Source of the DNA: a virus
Lineage: Duplodnaviria; Caudoviricetes
Length of the DNA stretch: 60,796 nt
Strand: one strand, 5' to 3'
Virus record (IMG/VR): IMGVR_UViG_3300030450_002344
Span: 1 to 60,796 of that record
Below the pieces are notes generated by a model, which was not told the DNA's origin, did no database searches, and saw only the letters and a list, made by a program, of their open reading frames with translations. Below are positions 1 to 6,383 of the stretch, one piece after another. The number at the start of each line of letters is the position of its first letter. Within the stretch, counting starts at the first letter, position 1. A program made the position numbers and the translations under genes.

Positions 1-98
1 TTGCACTAAAGCAAGCGGAGCTAGGTAAGATTATAGCGGCCAGCTCTAACATAATAGAGGCGGTTAATAATCCTGACTATCAAGAACTGCTTAATACT
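1..98. repeat. Terminal direct repeat (copy 1), most likely assembly circularisation overlap
   Basis: 1-98 identical to 60697-60794; a reading frame continues through the junction. Confidence 0.92.
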
Positions 99-350
99 TC
101 GCTGACTCTACATAGTATAGAGGTTACTAAAGGTATGAAACGGGCAGCACTTAACGCGCTATTAGGTAAGAACAAAGGGCTTAAAGGTAATAAGCAAACT
201 CGTAAACAGCTAAGAGCTTTTAAGAAAGCCATTGAACCTTATACAGACCGGCCTGAAATTAAGAATCTAATAGAGATTATGACAGCTAAAAGCCTAGAGG
301 TTTCTGATAATAACTTAGAGGCTGAGGTTACTAGATGGAAGGGGAGGTAG
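1..350 (+). CDS. C-terminal part of a ~433-aa sigma-factor-like protein starting at 59745
   Basis: Frame from ATG 59745 is open across the overlap and in frame with listed ORF 135..350. Confidence 0.8.
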   Translation, partial: ALKQAELGKIIAASSNIIEAVNNPDYQELLNTSLTLHSIEVTKGMKRAALNALLGKNKGLKGNKQTRKQLRAFKKAIEPYTDRPEIKNLIEIMTAKSLEVSDNNLEAEVTRWKGR

Positions 351-436
351 TATATATACAACTATACTATATACTGCTGACTATAATATATCCCGGCTAT
401 AACTATACCGAAGACTTTAAATGCTTCTTTAGAACT

Positions 437-479
437 CTCCCCCGTAGGGGGAGGTCAGCCGGTGTCGCAGTTAAGTGGC
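437..479 (+). promoter_or_regulatory. Double-hairpin element copy A
   Basis: CTCCCCC-GTA-GGGGGAG, 10-nt linker, GTCGC-AGTTAA-GTGGC; same architecture at 2102 and 59501. Confidence 0.6.
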
Positions 480-568
480 CGACGAGCCGAGCACAGCGTT
501 GTGCTTAGGTGAATAAATAATATCTTATGTGTCGGTTTGATATGTACATGGTATGAAAGGAGTTTGAT

Positions 569-793
569 ATGCCTAACATAGATATAGATTACACAGTATT
601 AATCACTGATGAGGGGGAATTCTGTGTAAGGGGCGGGGTATTATATTGTAATAATATCCCTATGCCTTACGTGGATGAACCAGAACAAGAGTTCTATACA
701 CTAGTATCGCAGGAGATTGATAACCTGCAAGAGGGTAAAGATACGGGCAGCTATATAGAAGTTCGTAGAATGCAAGTATGGGAGGAAGCATAA
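569..793 (+). CDS. Small acidic hypothetical protein
   Basis: AAGGAG SD before ATG; TAATG coupling to the next gene. Confidence 0.7.
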   Translation: MPNIDIDYTVLITDEGEFCVRGGVLYCNNIPMPYVDEPEQEFYTLVSQEIDNLQEGKDTGSYIEVRRMQVWEEA

Positions 794-1050
794 TGCCATT
801 CGTAGAGTACGGTAAACATGGGATGAAGCGATGGGTTAATACCTATCAGGTTGGTGATGTAATATACGCTAACCATAAGGCTAAGGGCCTTGAAGATATG
901 GAAGGGTCTTGTGTAGAAACTAAGTTAGTTACTACGCAGGGTTACTGGCCGCCAGAGTACGATAAGAATACAGCCTATCGTATAGTGCAATACTTTAAGT
1001 GTGCTGTATGTGGTGTAGCTATAGAGGATAAGGAGTTTATAGATGGGTAA
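793..1050 (+). CDS. Hypothetical protein with C-terminal CxxC
   Basis: GGAGGA SD, TAATG overlap (start MPFVEY), CAVC motif. Confidence 0.65.
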   Translation: MPFVEYGKHGMKRWVNTYQVGDVIYANHKAKGLEDMEGSCVETKLVTTQGYWPPEYDKNTAYRIVQYFKCAVCGVAIEDKEFIDG

Positions 1051-1393
1051 TTTATACTCACTTCAGTGTGAACTTAATCTAATCGCTGATGGGTTAAAAA
1101 CTTATGAAGACGTTATAGATTTTAATCATGCTGATGAACATACAAAGTCTATAATGGCACAGCTTTGGGACGTATATGTAGAGCCTCCGTCTCAGTCTTG
1201 GTACACATATCAAGGATGTTGGGAAAGTGAGGATGAATTTGCTGCGGATTTAGCAAGTGAAACAGGGTTTCTTGATAGTGATTGGAGTACATACTTTGAT
1301 TATGACCTGTGGACTAATGACTTATTCATAAGTGACTACACGTCATTAGACTGTAGGCAATGTGGTGACTTAATGATAGTGAGGTATGACTGA
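1043..1393 (+). CDS. ardA: ArdA-like antirestriction (DNA mimic) protein
   Basis: Very acidic; YQGCWESEDEFAADL..ETG...YFDYDLW..DLF..DY matches the ArdA C-terminal pattern. Confidence 0.7.
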   Translation: MGNLYSLQCELNLIADGLKTYEDVIDFNHADEHTKSIMAQLWDVYVEPPSQSWYTYQGCWESEDEFAADLASETGFLDSDWSTYFDYDLWTNDLFISDYTSLDCRQCGDLMIVRYD

Positions 1394-2097
1394 TGGAAAC
1401 TAAACGCAAAACAATTAGGATACCTAATACTGGGGCATGGTTGTCTCAGATAGTAATGGATGCCATGGGATACGGAGGTGCTGAATGGCGTAGGTATAAG
1501 ATGCAAGGTATCATACGGTTGGTAACTCGTGATGGTACTAGCAAGCCTGAAGTATGTAGTAGGGCTAGGGATGAGGACTTATGGGTAATGACCGGGACTA
1601 CTGTATATATTGGTAGGTCTATAGAGATTGAAGTATTAGGAGAGATTATGGAAGGCACTGCAAAGTGGACAACAGGTAAGGATGAAGACCAAGCTGTTGT
1701 TACCACGGCGGAAAGAGATAAACTGCTAAGGGATTATTGGAATCATGCTAGGTATGTTAGTCGTGTACAAGAGTTATCTCGTGAGTCTATTAAGCGTATG
1801 CTTGATAAGTCTGAGAAACTAACCGAAGCGATTGTAAATACAGTGTACCCTGCTATTAGGCTTATGGCAGATGGCAGTTGGTACATAGATAAGGAAGGTA
1901 ACGCTCATGTAGGTTACAATCCACCAAAGACAGCTATGATTATGTATAGTCACAACTGGAAATCTAGTGAGAAGTGGGATGACTTCCGTAAGGCAGAGGT
2001 CGCACTGACTGAGGATGTACGGATATACATCCGTAACCATATAGAAGAACTTGCAGATGCTAGAGAGATAGCACACATAGTAAAGTTAATGGCTTAA
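1393..2097 (+). CDS. Hypothetical protein
   Basis: 234-aa ORF, TGATG coupling, GAGG SD. Confidence 0.75.
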   Translation: METKRKTIRIPNTGAWLSQIVMDAMGYGGAEWRRYKMQGIIRLVTRDGTSKPEVCSRARDEDLWVMTGTTVYIGRSIEIEVLGEIMEGTAKWTTGKDEDQAVVTTAERDKLLRDYWNHARYVSRVQELSRESIKRMLDKSEKLTEAIVNTVYPAIRLMADGSWYIDKEGNAHVGYNPPKTAMIMYSHNWKSSEKWDDFRKAEVALTEDVRIYIRNHIEELADAREIAHIVKLMA

Positions 2098-2101
2098 CCC
2101 T

Positions 2102-2146
2102 CTGCCCCGAAGGGGCAGGTCACAGGGTGCCGCAGTTAACCGTGGC
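2102..2146 (+). promoter_or_regulatory. Double-hairpin element copy B
   Basis: CTGCCCC-GAA-GGGGCAG, 10-nt linker, GCCGC-AGTTAACC-GTGGC. Confidence 0.6.
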
Positions 2147-2196
2147 TCGGTGGGGTCACAAAGATAAAAATGATTGGTCAACGGAAGGATAATAGA

Positions 2197-2484
2197 ATGG
2201 CTAAAAGTTTTGTTGAAGTACCACAAGATGCGGTACGAATTAGAGTCGGTGAGAACACCGAGTTGGTTGCTTGGCAATCAGAGTATAATGGGGAGAAGCA
2301 GATTAGCTTCGGCAAATCTACCCAATACAAAGAAGGTGGAGATGTCTACACTAAGATGGCTCCTCCTATCACAGCTTCTACATTCCACATGCTAGTTAAC
2401 CTAGCTAATGGACACCTCTTTGGTGGTGATGTAGATGCTCACGACGGTGTAGCTATTGAGGCTCCACGTCGGGGTGAACGTTAA
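2197..2484 (+). CDS. Putative PC4/YdbC-like single-stranded nucleic acid binding protein
   Basis: AAGGA SD before ATG 2197; ELVAWQSEYNGEKQISFGK..YKEGG..YTK resembles the PC4-fold pattern. Confidence 0.5.
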   Translation: MAKSFVEVPQDAVRIRVGENTELVAWQSEYNGEKQISFGKSTQYKEGGDVYTKMAPPITASTFHMLVNLANGHLFGGDVDAHDGVAIEAPRRGER

Positions 2485-2499
2485 TAAAGTCTAGCAAGT

Positions 2500-3136
2500 G
2501 GGAGCCTACCACCGTCAGGTTCCCCCTTACTAGTGAGATTCTTAATCTATCTCCTCTCGTCCTAGGTTAGGAGTCTCACTAGTAAGGTCTTGATAGCATA
2601 TAACGATTGTAGTTTATTAATTTAACAATTATTATTATTAAGACTTTACTATAGTAAGGCTAATAGGAGATGATCTTGACAGCCATAGCTTATTAGACTT
2701 ACTGCCTCATAAGGGTGGACAAGTAACGTGACTTCCTCACACCCCCAAGTTACTTGTACATCCCTATGAGGTACCATAGTTGCTCCTTATTATGGGACCT
2801 CTAACCATGTTGGTGCTAGGTTGGCAGGTAAAAGGTTTAAGCCATTGGCTGAGTATCCTCACCTGTCGGCCTAGTATTATAGTGGTATGTAAAGGCGCGT
2901 TTCCTGTCGGGTGGGTTTATAAGCACCCTATAAACAACGTAAGAGATTGGCATAAGCGATTAGTACAGGAAGCCAGTCCGCCTTACTCTATTAGTTACAA
3001 GTGGATTCAGTAGTTACTATCCGATGGTAAAATGCCTAGCATGACCTCCGTGGATATGACTAAGGGTGAACTCCTTACCTTTGCTGAAGCGTAGTGCACA
3101 CTAAGGGCGCTGAGGCTGCTACTGGATCCACTTGTA
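2500..3136 (+). ncRNA. Large structured ncRNA or array of about 9 back-to-back hairpin/multibranch modules
   Basis: Stems up to 25 bp whose non-Watson-Crick positions are mostly G-U on the + strand; no credible ORF. Confidence 0.8.
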
Positions 3137-3160
3137 TCTAAAAGAATGGGAGGAAGATAC

Positions 3161-3376
3161 ATGCAAATAGGGATTGAAGCACACAATGATATGACTCTAA
3201 TTGAGATCATACAAGCAGTGGAGGATGGCTTTACTGACGGAGGGGTGGAAATTTCCTTAGAGGAGGAAGTATGTAGACATGACATAGAAGCCATGGCTAT
3301 ACAGATATGGAAAGATATGTACGGAGATTTTGAGATTGATGGTTTATACATCGCAGGTGTAAGGGATAGAGAATAA
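3161..3376 (+). CDS. Small acidic hypothetical protein
   Basis: GGAGG SD before ATG 3161; D/E rich. Confidence 0.7.
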   Translation: MQIGIEAHNDMTLIEIIQAVEDGFTDGGVEISLEEEVCRHDIEAMAIQIWKDMYGDFEIDGLYIAGVRDRE

Positions 3377-3795
3377 TGACTGACTATGCAACAGTAAGAA
3401 ACAAGGTAGAGACAGATGATACTTTAGTATTTGCTGCGGGGCATGAGACCTTAGATGATAGACCGCATAAGATTACTAAAGAACAACTGGATGCTATCCC
3501 TGACTTCATCCTAAGATGGGATGATTATATACCTGTCGATGCAGTACGAGCATGGATAGAGTACCACCAAGATGGACAGAGTGAGATACATGACCAAGGT
3601 TTATTCATAAGTTCTGCTAGTTCAGATGAGTACTTTGCTAAGGTAGTCTATGAGTATGATGAGTCATTAAACAAACTCGATGATGTCTTAGCATTTGCTA
3701 TTGATTGGGAAGTTGTAGCGCATGAGCTACTTAGGGAGGACTATATTAAGTTGGAATACAACGGTAGTAACTATTACTTTAGGAGTGTTGCATGA
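3376..3795 (+). CDS. Second ArdA-like acidic protein
   Basis: C-terminal AIDWEVVAHELLREDY....NG..YYFR resembles the ArdA C-terminal domain. Confidence 0.55.
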   Translation: MTDYATVRNKVETDDTLVFAAGHETLDDRPHKITKEQLDAIPDFILRWDDYIPVDAVRAWIEYHQDGQSEIHDQGLFISSASSDEYFAKVVYEYDESLNKLDDVLAFAIDWEVVAHELLREDYIKLEYNGSNYYFRSVA

Positions 3796-4019
3796 GTATG
3801 GAAGGATTGACTGACAACGGGGTAGCTCCTGAAGAGGGGAACGTAACGAGGGAAGGCTTACTGCTATACCGATTAGAGGGATACTTAAATAAGCTGAGGT
3901 ACTCGTTACAACAATTAGAAGATACATTTGAAGGCACTGACCATGAAGGATTGTTCCGTAACATACAGGACATGTCTGAATGGGTAGAAGAAATAAGAAA
4001 AGAGATTAAGAATGGCTAA
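3792..4019 (+). CDS. Hypothetical protein
   Basis: AGGAG SD; overlaps both neighbours. Confidence 0.65.
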   Translation: MSMEGLTDNGVAPEEGNVTREGLLLYRLEGYLNKLRYSLQQLEDTFEGTDHEGLFRNIQDMSEWVEEIRKEIKNG

Positions 4020-4260
4020 CATTACATTAACAGAGAGCACAATAGAAGAGATAGCATCCGCATTAGAGAGACACTTAGCACCAGCTATTGAAGATCCGGG
4101 TAATATTATTGATTACGACTACGAAATAAATGTCAGTGGTGAAGGTGATGGGTACAGTAATACAGATGTAGACATAACCTTACGTGTTGATGAGACATCA
4201 TTGAAGGCTGTGATAAAAGAGATACTAGAAGATGACTTAGGTGAAAACAGCGACGCTTAA
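4012..4260 (+). CDS. Highly acidic small protein (possible DNA mimic)
   Basis: 82 aa, strong D/E excess. Confidence 0.65.
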   Translation: MANITLTESTIEEIASALERHLAPAIEDPGNIIDYDYEINVSGEGDGYSNTDVDITLRVDETSLKAVIKEILEDDLGENSDA

Positions 4261-4272
4261 GAGGAGGTTGTA

Positions 4273-4548
4273 ATGGGTTGGAGAGCGATGTATCCAAAGT
4301 TTTATGTAGAGTTCTTTAACGAGAATGGACATCAAGCTATCATCGAGATGCCAGATCATATCATCACTGATGCTATAGGAAACTTTGTACAAGATGAGAT
4401 AGATAATGATGACCTGCTACGTGGTGGTAGGTGGCGCTTACTGTCTGATGAAGAGGCCGAACAATGGGAACGTGACCAAGATGATAAGGCTAACCTTTAC
4501 GATGATGAGCGCCAGTATGATAATGAAGACTGGAATTGGGAGAAGTAG
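4273..4548 (+). CDS. Acidic hypothetical protein
   Basis: GAGGAGG SD; D/E/W-rich C-terminus. Confidence 0.7.
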   Translation: MGWRAMYPKFYVEFFNENGHQAIIEMPDHIITDAIGNFVQDEIDNDDLLRGGRWRLLSDEEAEQWERDQDDKANLYDDERQYDNEDWNWEK

Positions 4549-4549
4549 T

Positions 4550-4780
4550 ATGGGTGTAATACATGACACAAATGATAGGCAACTAGCACTTGCTATCTTT
4601 GCAACATTAAATAGAGAAGTAATGGATAGTATAGGACGGCAGGATCCAAAGGCAGATACAGTTAATGAGCTGTTCCAGTATTGGATTCGTCTGTATTATA
4701 AACAGACTACACCTACAACGGAGAAGGTATGGAATTATGTCAGAGATTTACCACGAAGATTGTTTAAACACAATCAATAG
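4550..4780 (+). CDS. Hypothetical protein
   Basis: Likely start MGVIHD just after the upstream stop, GGGAG SD. Confidence 0.55.
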   Translation: MGVIHDTNDRQLALAIFATLNREVMDSIGRQDPKADTVNELFQYWIRLYYKQTTPTTEKVWNYVRDLPRRLFKHNQ

Positions 4781-5489
4781 GTTGAGATGGGAACATGTAC
4801 GAGATAATAAAAAGACTAGGCAGCCTGTCGATTTGGTAGTAACATCACCCCCTTACAATATGAATCTACGTATACAAAATGGTAAGTATCGTAGCCGCCA
4901 GATTACTGAAGAGTTTAGTAATAAGTATGATGGCTTCACAGATAACATGCCGATTGATGAGTACACAAACTTTCATAGCTTAGTACTTGAAAGTCTATTT
5001 GGTATCTCTGACCTAATCTTTTATAATGTGGGCATTGTTACTGGCAGTAAACGTGCATGGTTTAAAATAATTGGAGACTTCTCTAAGTATCTAAAGGAGA
5101 TTATTATCTGGGATAAGGGGAACGGACAGCCCGCTATGCAACAACAAGTATTGAATCGGCGCTCTGAACTTATACTGGTGTTTGATAATGACTATGCTAT
5201 TAGCAGACAGTTTAGAGATAAGGGTACGTTTGAACGTGGTACGTTGGATGATGTATGGAATATAGGTAGGCCACTACCACATGAGAAGGTAGATAATCAT
5301 GCTGCACAAATGCCTGAAGCATTAGTAGAAAGAATCCTCTTGAACTTCAGCGAAGAAGGTGATACAATCTATGATCCATTCATGGGTACAGGTACCACTG
5401 GTGTTGTAGCTAAGAGGTTGAATAGAAAATTCATAGGCAGTGAGCTAGTAAAAAGCTACTACAATACTGCACAAAAAAGATTGGGTTGA
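4737..5489 (+). CDS. Class beta amino-DNA methyltransferase (N4-C/N6-A)
   Basis: IYHEDCL N-terminus, motif IV VVTSPPY, motif I DPFMGTGTT, FIGSEL. Confidence 0.92.
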   Translation: MSEIYHEDCLNTINRLRWEHVRDNKKTRQPVDLVVTSPPYNMNLRIQNGKYRSRQITEEFSNKYDGFTDNMPIDEYTNFHSLVLESLFGISDLIFYNVGIVTGSKRAWFKIIGDFSKYLKEIIIWDKGNGQPAMQQQVLNRRSELILVFDNDYAISRQFRDKGTFERGTLDDVWNIGRPLPHEKVDNHAAQMPEALVERILLNFSEEGDTIYDPFMGTGTTGVVAKRLNRKFIGSELVKSYYNTAQKRLG

Positions 5490-5490
5490 T

Positions 5491-6000
5491 ATGAGTACCT
5501 TTATAAACAAAGAACGTGCTGAATCTTTCACTAATATACTGAATGACCTTTCTGTAAGAGTGTTCGGTAAAGAACCTTCGGAAGCTATACTAGCTGGTGA
5601 ATGCCTAGGTTGTGGCATCACTGTAGATTTAGATTCAATGCACATTGCTAGACAAGAACGCTATGGGATATGTGGTATGTGTAGTGACTGCCAAGCCAAT
5701 TGGTTACCCGCAGAAATCTTTGATTCTCCTCAGAATGAGGAACAGTTGAAGGGACAGTGGGGTGTACCTAAAAGGTTTAAGCAACCACGCTATAAAAAAT
5801 CACGAGAGAAAATTGTACGTGCTATGAAAAAGAATCATCCGTATAAGCCAATTGAAATTGAAGAACGATCTGGCGTAGCAGGTACTACTATCATGCGGCA
5901 CCTAAAAGATATGCAACAGCATAGGAAAGTATCACAAATAGAAGTTTTTGGCAAGGTAATGTATGTAAGATTGGTGGGTATAAAAGATGCAATGTCCTAA
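5491..6000 (+). CDS. Zn-finger plus winged-HTH protein
   Basis: CLGC...CSDC; C-terminal IEIEERSGVAGTTIMRHLKDM HTH-like. Confidence 0.55.
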   Translation: MSTFINKERAESFTNILNDLSVRVFGKEPSEAILAGECLGCGITVDLDSMHIARQERYGICGMCSDCQANWLPAEIFDSPQNEEQLKGQWGVPKRFKQPRYKKSREKIVRAMKKNHPYKPIEIEERSGVAGTTIMRHLKDMQQHRKVSQIEVFGKVMYVRLVGIKDAMS

Positions 6001-6184
6001 CTGTAAGTCCCGGTCAGTACGTGAAGATGATCCGGGAGAATACATATGTAATATATGTGGTCATATGATATACGATAAGGACACAATGATACGTGTCATG
6101 ACAGCACTATCAAGCGACATCGTACTAACGGCCACAGAAACACAACGTAGAAGGTTCCCCACTATAGGAGGGCAGAAGTTATGA
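5987..6184 (+). CDS. Zn-ribbon small protein
   Basis: MQCPNC...YICNICG. Confidence 0.65.
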   Translation: MQCPNCKSRSVREDDPGEYICNICGHMIYDKDTMIRVMTALSSDIVLTATETQRRRFPTIGGQKL

Positions 6185-6345
6185 GTAAGATAGTATATGA
6201 TAGTGAGTGTATATTCTGTGAGGAAGGCATAGAGAAGGGTGAAGAATCATGGTGTACGGCTGATGGCTATGATGCTCACAAGTTTTGTTGGGAGTCAGCC
6301 GCAGATAGTCCAGATGTATGGACAGCGAGACAGATATATGGATAA
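6181..6345 (+). CDS. Small Cys/His protein, 54 aa (not in ORF track)
   Basis: AGGAGG SD, ATGA overlap; MSKIVYDSECIFCEEGI...AHKFCW. Confidence 0.65.
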   Translation: MSKIVYDSECIFCEEGIEKGEESWCTADGYDAHKFCWESAADSPDVWTARQIYG

Positions 6346-6383
6346 AGTATGGATAAGTTACGTACCTTTTGAGGAGGTTGAGT

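Noticed and set aside
437-2146. Twister or hammerhead ribozyme for the double-hairpin element
   Set aside because: Catalytic core sequences (CUGAnGA/GAAA; twister loop-4 and pseudoknots) not found on either strand
2780-3013. 77-aa ORF in the track
   Set aside because: TTG start without SD, lies within the hairpin array, implausible composition
2500-3136. CRISPR array or tRNA cluster
   Set aside because: No identical direct repeats with spacers; no T-loop/CCA cloverleafs
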